A stretch of DNA of 58,278 nt from Clostridia bacterium (GCA_030637745.1 DAOWFX010000015.1:1-58278); one strand, 5' to 3'. Counted from the stretch's first letter, positions 37,077-47,694 are shown. The notes: generated by a model from the sequence alone, not told the origin. Translations and numbers: made by a program.

Positions 37077-39331
37077 GTTGCTTCGCCATCGTCTATATCT
37101 TTTTTAGTAGACTCTTCCTCGTCTTCTGATGATGTGAAATTTGGAAGACCTCCAAGGATTTCGCTAGGCATCAGATACGTTCTTGGATTTTCATCTTCTA
37201 AATTCTTCTTTTTGTCTATAGGTGGTTCCTGATTGCCTGCTCTTTCACTTCTTTTATTATAGGGTTCATAGACTGTGAAGTAATCATCTTCATTGGCTAT
37301 AGATTCATGCTGATCCACTAGATGCTCCATGAAAGAAATATCCTTATCAAGCTCACTTTGATTTTCTTCATCTGTGTTAGTATCTAAGGTATCTTGTGAT
37401 GCATTACTTTCATCTTTCTGCAAAGACTCATCTTCATCATCTGCATACATCATCGATATAATATCGTCACTTTGGGTGATGATTTTCTCACCCTCATCTT
37501 TGAAAACCTCTTTTTTTAACTCCTCTATATCCTCATTTGGATCATTGAACTGGAACATATCATCATAAAAGCGACCGTATGACTTCTTGTCCTCACTATC
37601 TTCTTCAAGGTCATCGCTGGGAAGGTCTTCAATATCACTGGGTCGATCTTCTATGTCACTGGGACGTTCTTCAATATCACTAGGAAGATCTATAAAATCA
37701 TCTTCCTCAGGCTCAATACTTTCTTGAACTTTCTCCAGTGGTTGAATAACAGTTTCATAGGTATCTGGTTCTTGTGTAATATCTGTTATTTCAACTGATG
37801 CTTTTTGAATCTCACTATCTGACTGTACATACAAGTCATCATCAATGCCTAAAACATCATTGATATCTGAGAGTAATTCTGCTTGATCCTCTTTGTCCTC
37901 TACTGGCGGCACTTGCATTATGTGAGTTTCATCTTCTACTCTATCGATGATTTCTTCTTGCTTACTAGGTGGCATTTCTCTTACGCCATCATTTTTCTCA
38001 TCAATGAGCCGCAGTGCCCAATCCAGTGTTTCAAAACTGTCTGCTTTTTTTGCTTTAGAATGTGAATTTCTATTTAGTGATATTGCTGCTTGATGTAAAG
38101 GAGATGTGTATTGGTCTTCCCATTCTTTTACGTTTTCTATGAATGCACCATCTGGTGCTGATTGTGACGATGGGACTGCCTCTATTTTGGCAGCAAGTTG
38201 CGGTGAAGCATCATAGTCCTCTTCAATCTGTGCTTGGACTTCGTAGACTACAACATTTCCCGGATGAATATTCTTCTTGGCGGCAATAGCTGCTGCAACT
38301 CCCGCTGCCTTACCTGTTGCAAGATGCAGTGCAATTCCATTAATCAACTCAACAACGTTCATATGCATGCCGATATTCTTACCACATAATAAAAGATTAT
38401 GATAGATAGATGAAACAAGCGCATCATATGGAATTGAAAAATGAGTGGTATTGTTCTCGTCTGTTTGTGTTACGACATAATTGTCAAATTCTTTTTGGGA
38501 AACGATGTCATCATAAGACAGTAGATACTTTGCCTTTGAAGTATGGTTCACGTCGTAGAATACATTTTTTGTTGTTCCGATAATGGAAGCGTTTTCAAAC
38601 CCAAAGCCAAATGCCTGTAAGAACTTCATCGCCTTTTGAGTCTGTATCCGCATAACCTTTCCCATATCTTTATCAACATCCTTATCACTAACTACCAGCA
38701 ATGCAATATCGCCGCGCACTGTAGGAAGAATGTTTATGCCAATATCGTAATCCAATTCACCTTTTTTCTTTGCACTAGTGACATTGTCCTGTAGCAACTG
38801 CTGTGCTTCTTTGCTATAGCATCTGCCACCAATGGTTTCCACCTTTCCGATGAAGGCGGTCATATAGCATTTCTTTTCTCCTGTAAAATCATTTTGACCC
38901 GTTAAGTGTTCAACGATGGAAATACCAGACGCATCAATAAACACTTTTGCAGAAACCAGCTTCTTTCCACTGGGAGTTAGACACATCACAGATGCAATCG
39001 CATTCTCTTTTACATCTATTGATATCACTTCATGGTCACATAGTACCTGTGTGCCACTTTTTTCAAGTAATGAATAGTAGCGATCAATGAGTTCTTCCGG
39101 GTGAAATATATTTTGATTCCATGCTTTTTTGATAATACCATCTAAAAAGATACGAGAAGATGCATCAATATGTCCTTTGATCGTATGAATTTGTGCTTTG
39201 AGTGCACTTCCGCCAATCACTGAGTCCTTTTCAATGAGTACAGTTTGTACGCCATTTTGTGCAGCGTACATCGCAGCTGCGATCCCAGATGGACCTGCAC
39301 CGATTATTGCAACATCAAAAACATGACTCAT
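37073..39331 (-). CDS. FAD-dependent oxidoreductase-like domain fused to a ~370-aa acidic low-complexity tail
   Basis: IIGAGPSG..LIEK..GG, FIDASG, IPYDAL..NLLLCGK, GKAAGVAAA; D/E-rich C-terminal half. Confidence 0.75.
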   Translation of the reverse strand: MSHVFDVAIIGAGPSGIAAAMYAAQNGVQTVLIEKDSVIGGSALKAQIHTIKGHIDASSRIFLDGIIKKAWNQNIFHPEELIDRYYSLLEKSGTQVLCDHEVISIDVKENAIASVMCLTPSGKKLVSAKVFIDASGISIVEHLTGQNDFTGEKKCYMTAFIGKVETIGGRCYSKEAQQLLQDNVTSAKKKGELDYDIGINILPTVRGDIALLVVSDKDVDKDMGKVMRIQTQKAMKFLQAFGFGFENASIIGTTKNVFYDVNHTSKAKYLLSYDDIVSQKEFDNYVVTQTDENNTTHFSIPYDALVSSIYHNLLLCGKNIGMHMNVVELINGIALHLATGKAAGVAAAIAAKKNIHPGNVVVYEVQAQIEEDYDASPQLAAKIEAVPSSQSAPDGAFIENVKEWEDQYTSPLHQAAISLNRNSHSKAKKADSFETLDWALRLIDEKNDGVREMPPSKQEEIIDRVEDETHIMQVPPVEDKEDQAELLSDINDVLGIDDDLYVQSDSEIQKASVEITDITQEPDTYETVIQPLEKVQESIEPEEDDFIDLPSDIEERPSDIEDRPSDIEDLPSDDLEEDSEDKKSYGRFYDDMFQFNDPNEDIEELKKEVFKDEGEKIITQSDDIISMMYADDEDESLQKDESNASQDTLDTNTDEENQSELDKDISFMEHLVDQHESIANEDDYFTVYEPYNKRSERAGNQEPPIDKKKNLEDENPRTYLMPSEILGGLPNFTSSEDEEESTKKDIDDGEAT
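37602..37692 (-). repeat. Intragenic ~21-nt tandem repeat, four units
   Basis: Encodes LPSDIEE-RPSDIED-RPSDIED-LPSDDLEE. Confidence 0.85.
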
Positions 39332-39420
39332 TGGATACTCCTAAAAAATACTTATTGTATTATTATATCACTAATTAGAGGAAAGTTTAACTATCAAATA
39401 AGACAAGATGTAGTTTGTGG

Positions 39421-40215
39421 CTAGATTATAATAGCATCTCCAGGACCAAACTGAGGCGCGACATAAATATTTACGTCCTTGCCTGCCACTGCACCCAAAG
39501 TCAGAGCTGCTGCACTTGCACTATCGTATGCAGCTTCTGGTGTATTATTGTCTTGAGATAAGTGTGTGAGAGAAAAATTCTTGCATCCGCTGTTGATAAT
39601 CTGCATCAGTGCTTGAGCTGCATCATGATTGGAAAGATGCCCTTTTTTGCTTAGGATGCGATTCTTGAGTCGCACCGGATAAGGACCATTTTCGACCATA
39701 TGTACATCATGATTGGATTCCATAAGACATGCATCAGCACCTAACATGCGATTGAGTACTGTTTTGGATAAATAGCCTGTATCACTGATAACTACTGCTT
39801 TTTTGTTTTCATTGAATATGGAATAGCCCACAGGATCTGCTGCATCATGAGATACCTTAATGGGGCTAATTGCTAGAGATCCAATATAAAAATCACCATC
39901 AAACCGAACTCTGTTTTTAAAAGGGATACTGCCTAAAGAATTCATAGTAAGCATGGCTTTCCATGTATCCTCATTGGCATAAATGGGAATGTCATTTTTG
40001 CGTGAGAGCATACCGACTGCACGAATATGATCTACATGTTCGTGGGTTACAAGGATACCTTTGATAATATCAAGGCTTGCATTAATATCTCCAAGTGCGC
40101 GATCTATGTTGGCTCTTGCAACTCCTGCATCGACAAGTATTGCTGTATCATCTGATGCGACAAAAGTACTATTTCCCTTTGAACCCGAAAAAAGCGGGCA
40201 CAAAAACATTGGCAT
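39421..40215 (-). CDS. YycJ/WalJ-like MBL-fold metallohydrolase
   Basis: SGSKGN, THEHVDH, SHDAADP, DTG, ESNHD, GHLSN, HLSQDNN. Confidence 0.9.
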   Translation of the reverse strand: MPMFLCPLFSGSKGNSTFVASDDTAILVDAGVARANIDRALGDINASLDIIKGILVTHEHVDHIRAVGMLSRKNDIPIYANEDTWKAMLTMNSLGSIPFKNRVRFDGDFYIGSLAISPIKVSHDAADPVGYSIFNENKKAVVISDTGYLSKTVLNRMLGADACLMESNHDVHMVENGPYPVRLKNRILSKKGHLSNHDAAQALMQIINSGCKNFSLTHLSQDNNTPEAAYDSASAAALTLGAVAGKDVNIYVAPQFGPGDAIII

Positions 40216-40239
40216 GTATTTCTCCTAAAAAACTTTGAT

Positions 40240-41331
40240 TTATTCGCTTACGGCGACACGTGCGCCAGAAAGCCATGAAGATGAAGGCTCAAATCCCCAG
40301 CCCGGCTCCTCCGGTACGCGGACATAGCCATCCTTAATTTCCGGTTGTGCTTTAAGTACCTTTTCTGCCCAAGGCTCGCTCTCGATGACATGCTCCATTG
40401 CACGCCATGGTTTGTCCACTACTGCCATCAAATGAATTGAAAATGGAAAGAGCATGGTATTGGTTGAACAATGCGGTGTAGTAAATATCCCTTCATTGGC
40501 AGCGAGGCGTGAGGCTGCATATGCTCTTGAAAAACCACCAATGCAACAAATGTCCGGCTGGAATACATCAATCGCTTGCTCCTTGATGAGCCTTTTAATA
40601 CGACTGAACATATACTCTTGCTCTCCTGCTGCAATAAGTACACCCTTACCTGCAAAAGCGTTTTTGATCTCTTTGGTCTTATCAATCTCCCAATAAGGAC
40701 ATGGTTCCTCTAAAAACTTCACATTGTTTTTCTCTAATATCTCAAGCAACTGCTGACTTCGCTCAACTGAAAAACCACCGTTTGCATCTACATAGAGCTC
40801 CACATGTGGTCCTAGTTCTTTGTGGCATTGTTGGATTAAGTCTTCTGTATGACCTGGCCAGTTTTCCATATCGTTTCCATTGACCATGCCACCACGTAGC
40901 TTGAATGCTCCATATCCACGTTCGTTTCTGAGCTTTTGCATACGTGCTATTTCCTGTGCTACCGGGATCTCTCTTTGCTTGGATGATCCATAGAGCATAA
41001 TGCGCTCTCGTTTTTTGCCTATGATGCTTGCGACACTACGCTTTTCGCGTCTTCCCTTTAAGTCCCACAAGGCGGTGTCGATACCTGAAACTGCGCGTGC
41101 TATGTATGACCCTGTAAACTTATATTCTTTTAAAATGACTTTGTCTGCTATGGAAAAGTCGCCATCATCTTGCCCTAGTACGTGCGGACATACCTGTTTG
41201 TGCAGGATAAGCTGTGTGATGTCAGCATTTTTGGGCGCACACTGTCCAAAGCCAAAGGCACCATCTTCTGATGTAACCTTGACGACACAGACTTTGTCAC
41301 TATAAAAACTTTGTATTTTCTTAATTTTCAA
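40240..41331 (-). CDS. Mandelate racemase/muconate lactonizing enzyme family protein
   Basis: SGIDTALWDL, VDANG, LEEP, AGEQE, QPD, PH, PGWG. Confidence 0.9.
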   Translation of the reverse strand: MKIKKIQSFYSDKVCVVKVTSEDGAFGFGQCAPKNADITQLILHKQVCPHVLGQDDGDFSIADKVILKEYKFTGSYIARAVSGIDTALWDLKGRREKRSVASIIGKKRERIMLYGSSKQREIPVAQEIARMQKLRNERGYGAFKLRGGMVNGNDMENWPGHTEDLIQQCHKELGPHVELYVDANGGFSVERSQQLLEILEKNNVKFLEEPCPYWEIDKTKEIKNAFAGKGVLIAAGEQEYMFSRIKRLIKEQAIDVFQPDICCIGGFSRAYAASRLAANEGIFTTPHCSTNTMLFPFSIHLMAVVDKPWRAMEHVIESEPWAEKVLKAQPEIKDGYVRVPEEPGWGFEPSSSWLSGARVAVSE

Positions 41332-41564
41332 ATTGATCCCCCCAAAACAATACGTCGATGGATAGCTGGTAATTTCGTCGCTTTTGCTTTGTTATTGCTA
41401 TAATATTTTTCGTTTTATTAATATGGTAATAATATCACAAGTATGCCTATATTGTATACACCTCTGTTCATTTCACTAAATGTAGTGGCTTGTGGAAATG
41501 GTTGTCATAATTGTTTACAAATATGTTAGTTTATTATTGGCTGTTTATACTATATACTTGAAAT

Positions 41565-42404
41565 ATGGATATCAACGAGTTACTGCAAAAAATCAAAAAA
41601 GCTGATAGTTGGCCCGCTGCTTTTACAAAGGGTGCGCCATTGTGGAATGATGACTATATTTCTTTGCATATGTTAAATGCGCATCTGGATGATAGCCATG
41701 ATAAAGCTTCCTATAACAGCATCCTTCGCATGCAAGTAGTAGAAGAGATCCTCTCACAGTGTCACCTTAAAGAAAACAGCACTATACTTGACTTGGGATG
41801 TGGCCCCGGACTCTATGCACAGGAATTTGCTAAACAAGGAATCGATTATACAGGAATCGATATCTCCAATCAGTCATTGGGCTATGCATTGATGCACAAA
41901 GGAAAATATCAGGATAATATTCACTACATACATGATGACTACAGTACTTATGAATTTCAGAAGCAATATGATTGTATAAGTATGATCTGGTGTGATTTTG
42001 GTGCACTGTCTCCAACGGTTCGTGACTCAATGCTAAAAAACATCAACAAAACACTTAAAAAAGATGGCATTTTTTGCTTTGATGTGTTTATGGCGCAGTC
42101 TCCCTTTCACGAACAACACAACTCATGGAAAGTGGAACGAGATGGTTTCTGGCAAAAAGGACTTGCTGCTGTATTGGAGCGCAACAAGTACTACGAAACG
42201 GTAGGCACAGCACTCCATATGAGTGTTGTTGCGTCCGAAACAGGAGTTAAGACATATTACATTTGGGACAAGCGATATAGTGAAAAAGAACTCAGCAAAG
42301 TGCTCATCGATGCAAGCTTTGAAGTGCTCTACGTCAAGGAAGGCGGGCTATCTCAAAAACAACCTGAAGTGCTAGGCGTTTACTGCAAATCAAAGCACAA
42401 GTGA
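41565..42404 (+). CDS. Class I SAM-dependent methyltransferase
   Basis: LWNDDYIS..AHL, LDLGCGPGLY, GIDIS, CDFGAL. Confidence 0.9.
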   Translation: MDINELLQKIKKADSWPAAFTKGAPLWNDDYISLHMLNAHLDDSHDKASYNSILRMQVVEEILSQCHLKENSTILDLGCGPGLYAQEFAKQGIDYTGIDISNQSLGYALMHKGKYQDNIHYIHDDYSTYEFQKQYDCISMIWCDFGALSPTVRDSMLKNINKTLKKDGIFCFDVFMAQSPFHEQHNSWKVERDGFWQKGLAAVLERNKYYETVGTALHMSVVASETGVKTYYIWDKRYSEKELSKVLIDASFEVLYVKEGGLSQKQPEVLGVYCKSKHK

Positions 42405-42476
42405 ATTGACTATTTTAATAGAATAAATTATGATATAAGCAAGTAATTATGTAATAAATCTGAAAGGATTGAGTAT

Positions 42477-43679
42477 ATGGCATCTGAATTTGATTTTCTA
42501 AGGGTAAAATGGCCAAAGCTTGCAGCTATGGCTGCTGATGCAACCCGCTTGGCGGATGTAAGCCCCTCTTCATCATTGTTATCATTGAGAACATATTGCG
42601 AATGGGCTTGTGACATCGCATTGGACTTTTATGAACTCCAAGTCGCAGGGGGCGCATCTCAAATAGAGAAACTAGAATCGCTACAAGCATCCGGTATGGT
42701 ACCCAGTGAGATCTTGCAAAAGTTTCATAACGTCAGAAGTGCAGGAAACCGCGCTTCTATCAAAGAAGCAGATAGCGCAAGCATATTGGTTCATGGATGC
42801 ATTGCAGACTGTCACGACATCGGTCAGTGGCTATTTCGCGAAGCAGAAAAAGAAGGATGGCCACATGTAGATGGCTACACACAGTCCTATGGTGCAATCC
42901 CAATGACGGGACTAAGCAGCTCAGAAGGCGGCGGATATGACGTCGGCGGCGGAGACTACAACAGTAAGTTTTCACTGAAGCGATTCATGCGAAAATATGG
43001 CTCTATCGTGATATTGTTGGTAACCTTGACTGTGTTAGCTGCGATTATCCTCGGTATCACCTATGGACTCAAAAGCTGTAATGAAGAAACTGCACCACCT
43101 CAAAACTCATTTGAAGCAACTGCCGCACCCACTCCGGAAGTAACAAGTATCATCCCAATCACACCTTCTCCAGAACCCACGCCTGAAGTAGAACCGTTTG
43201 ACTTTATTGATGATTTGGCTCTTTCATTGCATTATGATACATTATTCAACAAGGGACATTGGAACTTCAATGATAATACTGATCCGTATGTTATAGGAGG
43301 CAAAACTGTTGACAAAGGGTTGGGAATGTTTATATCAAGCCCTACAATCACAGGGGACAGAGGATCAAAAACAGCAGCATGGAACCTGGGTGGTAATTAC
43401 TATAAGCTGGAGTTTGATATGGGCTGTGAACAATCATTTGGATATGATATTGAAGAAAAGTTTGGAAAATATAAAATCATTATCAATGCAGATGGTGAAC
43501 AAGTTTGGGATAGTGGGTATCATGATTATAAATATTTTGTTGAAGGTTTTGAAGTCACTATTCCTCCTGATACATCACGCTTAGAAATCAAACTAGTTCA
43601 ATACAAGGGAACAAACGGCACACTCAATGTCGTAATGGGTAACTTTAAACTGTTCAAAAACCCTGTAGAAGAAGAATAA
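42477..43679 (+). CDS. Membrane protein: DUF4145 (HsdR N-terminal/HEPN-like) domain + TM + Pro/Thr linker + NPCBM/NEW2-like domain
   Basis: SEFDFL..LRTYCE..FHNVRSAGNRA; TM ~177-198; PTPE repeats; IGGKTVDKGLGM..ADGEQVWDSG. Confidence 0.6.
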   Translation: MASEFDFLRVKWPKLAAMAADATRLADVSPSSSLLSLRTYCEWACDIALDFYELQVAGGASQIEKLESLQASGMVPSEILQKFHNVRSAGNRASIKEADSASILVHGCIADCHDIGQWLFREAEKEGWPHVDGYTQSYGAIPMTGLSSSEGGGYDVGGGDYNSKFSLKRFMRKYGSIVILLVTLTVLAAIILGITYGLKSCNEETAPPQNSFEATAAPTPEVTSIIPITPSPEPTPEVEPFDFIDDLALSLHYDTLFNKGHWNFNDNTDPYVIGGKTVDKGLGMFISSPTITGDRGSKTAAWNLGGNYYKLEFDMGCEQSFGYDIEEKFGKYKIIINADGEQVWDSGYHDYKYFVEGFEVTIPPDTSRLEIKLVQYKGTNGTLNVVMGNFKLFKNPVEEE

Positions 43680-43774
43680 TCATCAATAAATGAAGCATCG
43701 CATAAGTAAATATGCGATGCTTTTTATATATCTTATACTATTGAAAGGCCAATAGATTCAAGGTATACTAGAAA

Positions 43775-45124
43775 GTGCAAATTACGAATAAAAGGAATCA
43801 TATAATGAGTAACCTTCATGAACTAAAAACTAAAGTGGACAATAAAACTGCTGTCGTTGCAGTCGTAGGCTTAGGCTATGTGGGACTGCCTCTTGCTGCT
43901 GCATTTGCAGCGAAGTATGACACCATCGGTTTTGATATTAATCAAAAGAAAGTGGAGATGTACAAAAAGGGCATTGATGTTACTCATGAAATCGGAGACA
44001 AGAAGCTTCAAAGTGTTCAGATGCACTTAACGTATAACCCTGAGGATCTATCGCGCGCAGATATTATCATTGTGGCAGTACCCACTCCAATTGACGATGC
44101 AAAGACGCCAGACTTTACACCTCTTGTGAAATCATCTGAAACAGTAGGCAAACATATGAAAAAGGGATGTATCGTCGTATATGAATCCACTGTATATCCG
44201 GGTGCTACAGAGGAAATCTGTGTTCCGATACTTGAAGAATACTCAAATTTGCGATACAAAAATGACTTTACTGTAGGATACTCCCCTGAGCGTATTAATC
44301 CTGCGGACAAAGTACATCGTCTTGAAACTATTATTAAGGTGGTATCCGGAAGTGATGCTGAAACATTAGATACACTTGATGCACTGTATTCTTCCATAAT
44401 TGATGCTGGAATTCACAGAGCATCAACCATCAAGGTTGCAGAAGCTGCAAAGGTTATTGAAAATGCACAACGCGACATCAATATCGCATTCATCAATGAA
44501 ATCGCTATGATATTCAACGGGCTTAATATAGATACGACAGAAGTACTGGCAGCTGCCGGAACCAAGTGGAACTTCCTAGATTATAAGCCGGGGTTAGTCG
44601 GTGGTCACTGCATTGGTGTTGATCCGTATTACTTAGCATACAAAGCACAAAAAGAAGGCTACTATCCACAAATGATCCTTGCAGGGCGCAGAATCAATGA
44701 CGAGATGGGGGCATATGTTGCATCTCAAGCGGTCAAAAAACTCATCGCAGAAGGCAACGCAGTACGTGGTGCAAAAGCATTAATCTTAGGCTTTACATTC
44801 AAAGAAAATGTAGGCGATGTGCGTAATACAAAAGTAATTGACATCGTGAATGAACTGGAATCGTATGGTATGGATATTATGGTAAGCGACTGCTATGCAA
44901 ACAAACAAGAATGCATGAATGAATACGGCATAATGCTTGCAGAAATCGACAAATGCTTACCTGTAGATATCGTTATCTGCGCAGTAGGTCACGATGAATA
45001 TAAAGCAATTGCCTTAGCGGATATGAAAAAATGGTTTACAAATGCCGGCGTGTTGATTGATGTAAAAGGAATCTACAGTCCAAAAGAAGCAGCCAAACAA
45101 TCCATATCCTATTGGCGACTATAG
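43775..45124 (+). CDS. Nucleotide-sugar dehydrogenase (TviB/WbpO-like UDP-HexNAc dehydrogenase)
   Basis: GLGYVG, VPTP, ESTVYPG, SPERINP, GGHCIGVDP, FKENV.D.RN. Confidence 0.93.
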   Translation: MQITNKRNHIMSNLHELKTKVDNKTAVVAVVGLGYVGLPLAAAFAAKYDTIGFDINQKKVEMYKKGIDVTHEIGDKKLQSVQMHLTYNPEDLSRADIIIVAVPTPIDDAKTPDFTPLVKSSETVGKHMKKGCIVVYESTVYPGATEEICVPILEEYSNLRYKNDFTVGYSPERINPADKVHRLETIIKVVSGSDAETLDTLDALYSSIIDAGIHRASTIKVAEAAKVIENAQRDINIAFINEIAMIFNGLNIDTTEVLAAAGTKWNFLDYKPGLVGGHCIGVDPYYLAYKAQKEGYYPQMILAGRRINDEMGAYVASQAVKKLIAEGNAVRGAKALILGFTFKENVGDVRNTKVIDIVNELESYGMDIMVSDCYANKQECMNEYGIMLAEIDKCLPVDIVICAVGHDEYKAIALADMKKWFTNAGVLIDVKGIYSPKEAAKQSISYWRL

Positions 45125-45804
45125 CAGTGAAACCCAAACAAATTGTCAAAAGGATAATCGTGATTTTTACTATAATCATCATATTGATAGCCCTCACTAT
45201 CGGTGCAATTAATGTCTATATCCTACAAAAAGGCGCAAAATACTTTACAACCCTAGATAAAATAGAAGGCACGTATGATTGCGCGATTGTTCCGGGAGCA
45301 AAAGTATTTGAAAACCAAATCAGCTTCATGCTACAAGATCGGTTGAACTGTGCATACACACTCTTTATAGGGGGGCATGTAAAAAAGATATTGGTATCCG
45401 GTGATCATGGTGAAAATGACTATGATGAAGCCAATGCTATGAGAAACTATCTATTGGATAAAGGAGTTCCTATCGAAGATATCTTTATGGATCATGCAGG
45501 ATTTGACACATATGCAACAATGACCCGTGCAAAAGAAATATTTCAAGTAGAAAGTGCTGTTATTTGCACACAAAAATATCACTTGTATCGAGCAAGCTAC
45601 ATTGCACAGAAAAAGGGGATTGAAATCCAAGCCATTCCTTGTGATGTATATATCTCTGTGAAACTTCCGTATTTCAAATTACGAGAGGTCGCAGCGCGGG
45701 TTAAGGCATTTTGGGAAGTGGAAATATCAAACCCCAAACCCATGCTTGGAGATGCAATACCAATATCCGGTGATGGAAGAGCAACCGAAGATGGAAAGAG
45801 CTAG
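45112..45804 (+). CDS. SanA/ElyC (DUF218) family protein
   Basis: N-terminal TM, LQDRL, VSGD, DHAGFDTY, TQKYHLYRA, RE. Confidence 0.9.
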   Translation: MATIAVKPKQIVKRIIVIFTIIIILIALTIGAINVYILQKGAKYFTTLDKIEGTYDCAIVPGAKVFENQISFMLQDRLNCAYTLFIGGHVKKILVSGDHGENDYDEANAMRNYLLDKGVPIEDIFMDHAGFDTYATMTRAKEIFQVESAVICTQKYHLYRASYIAQKKGIEIQAIPCDVYISVKLPYFKLREVAARVKAFWEVEISNPKPMLGDAIPISGDGRATEDGKS

Positions 45805-45807
45805 ATT

Positions 45808-46368
45808 TTGATTGTTCTAACTACACTATCGCTAGCAACAGCCCTTGCAATGGATGCCTTTGCAGCATCCTTATCTCTAGGTGCATGCATACGCGACAAA
45901 AAGACGCAGAGAAGGATTGCACTGTACTGTGCAGTGTTCTTTGGCTTTTTCCAGTTTGCAATGGTCGCTATCGGATGGCTATTGGCAGGAACCTTTGCCT
46001 CTGCTATTTCTTCATTTGATCACTATATCGCATTTGGACTATTGCTATTTATCGGAGGTAGGATGCTCTATGAAGCCATCAAAGGTGAGGGCAACATGCC
46101 ACTTTATAGCATCAAAGCAATACTCATTTTAGCACTTGCAACATCGATTGATGCCATGGCAGCAGGGATCTCTCAACGTGCAATAGGTGAACCGCTCCTT
46201 ATATTGGCAATACTCACCGGAGTCATCACATTTGCATTCTCGGGTTTAGGTGTATTGATCGCCTGCAAACTCAGTAGTGAAAAATACGCCAGAATATTCG
46301 ATGCCATTGGTGGCGTTGTACTCATAGCATTGGGTATAAAAATACTAATTGAACATCTGGCACAATAG
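45808..46368 (+). CDS. mntP: Manganese efflux pump MntP family
   Basis: LAMDAFA, FGFFQ, DHYIAF, ATSIDA, KILIEHL. Confidence 0.9.
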   Translation: MIVLTTLSLATALAMDAFAASLSLGACIRDKKTQRRIALYCAVFFGFFQFAMVAIGWLLAGTFASAISSFDHYIAFGLLLFIGGRMLYEAIKGEGNMPLYSIKAILILALATSIDAMAAGISQRAIGEPLLILAILTGVITFAFSGLGVLIACKLSSEKYARIFDAIGGVVLIALGIKILIEHLAQ

Positions 46369-46380
46369 AAAGAAGAGATT

Positions 46381-47676
46381 ATGAAATATCCCAAAAAAAT
46401 AGAAGAGTATCAGCAACGTATCAACAGCTTTGCAAAGCTTAAGACTGAAATGGGTGCACAAGGTGTTGACGAGAAACTTGATGAAGTGAGAGAATTTCTT
46501 GCGCTAAAGCTTCAAGAAATTGCAGACCTAAAAGAAGCACCGGAAAGAGCCAATGAGCCCAACATGCTTAAGGAGATTGAAACAGCTTCTCCAAAAGAAA
46601 AAACTATCATTCAAAAAAAACTCTCTGATAAAGAATATTTATGTAAACTAAAAGGCGCCATGATTGGACGTTTTGCTGGATGTGCACTGGGTGCACCGGT
46701 TGAAGGATATTCACTTGCACAAATTGAGAAACTTGCACAAACCCTTGAGATGGATTTCCCACCGACTGATTACTGGAAAGATGCATTTGATCCATACTCA
46801 CAACGTTACAAGGTCAGTAAGGCAAAAGATTTTACATTAGGTCACATGCATGCATTGCCACCGGATGATGACATTGCCTATACCTTTTTGTCATTATTGG
46901 TCTTGGAGACCTACGGCAAAGACTTCACAACAGCAGACGTTGGTGAAGCGTGGATGAAATATCTAACCATTGACTGTACGTATACTGCAGAACGCATTGC
47001 GTTGAAAAACCTGATGGTTGGGATTCCTGCGGAGACTGCAGGCGAGGTGTTAAACCATGGAATAGAGCTCATCGGTGCCAGCATTCGCTGTGATGGATTT
47101 GCTTATGTCAATCCACTAAACCCAAAGCGCGCAAGTGAATTTGCATATCGCGATGCGTATTTGTCACACAGAAGAAGTGGTGTGTATTCTGCGATGTATT
47201 TTGCTACGGTGATTGCTGCTGCTTTTGGTACAGGGTCTATTATGGATGCTTTGCAGATTGGATTGGAGTATATTCCAGAGGATTGTGAGTTCTCTCGACA
47301 AATAAGATGGGCGCTAACGATATCTTCTGATGTAAAAGACTACCGCACAGCACATAAATTAGTATCAGAAAGATTTGCAGGAATGGACCTTGTTCACGCC
47401 ATCAACAATGCGTGCTTGACCGCTTGGGGCGCACTGCTTGGGGAACGTGACTTTGCCGTCGGAATATCTCAAACTGTTGCAATGGGATATGATAATGATT
47501 GTACAGCAGCGACCGTTGGGAGCATATTGGGTGCGTTCTTGGGAATTGACGCTATCGATGAGAAATGGTACTCACCATGGAACAATACTGCAATATCCTA
47601 CTTAAACGGAATTGATCGTTTTGATATTAACGATATTATCAATCGATTTTATAATATCAGAAAGAGTTTTAAATAA
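46381..47676 (+). CDS. ADP-ribosylglycohydrolase family protein with N-terminal helical extension
   Basis: GCALGAPVEG, DDDIAYT, YTAE, IGASIRCD, GYDNDCTAATVGS. Confidence 0.88.
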   Translation: MKYPKKIEEYQQRINSFAKLKTEMGAQGVDEKLDEVREFLALKLQEIADLKEAPERANEPNMLKEIETASPKEKTIIQKKLSDKEYLCKLKGAMIGRFAGCALGAPVEGYSLAQIEKLAQTLEMDFPPTDYWKDAFDPYSQRYKVSKAKDFTLGHMHALPPDDDIAYTFLSLLVLETYGKDFTTADVGEAWMKYLTIDCTYTAERIALKNLMVGIPAETAGEVLNHGIELIGASIRCDGFAYVNPLNPKRASEFAYRDAYLSHRRSGVYSAMYFATVIAAAFGTGSIMDALQIGLEYIPEDCEFSRQIRWALTISSDVKDYRTAHKLVSERFAGMDLVHAINNACLTAWGALLGERDFAVGISQTVAMGYDNDCTAATVGSILGAFLGIDAIDEKWYSPWNNTAISYLNGIDRFDINDIINRFYNIRKSFK

Positions 47677-47694
47677 TATACAAGGGAGAATAAC

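Noticed and set aside
37602-37692. Tandem repeats as a possible CRISPR array
   Set aside because: In-frame 21-nt coding repeats without unique spacers; no cas genes
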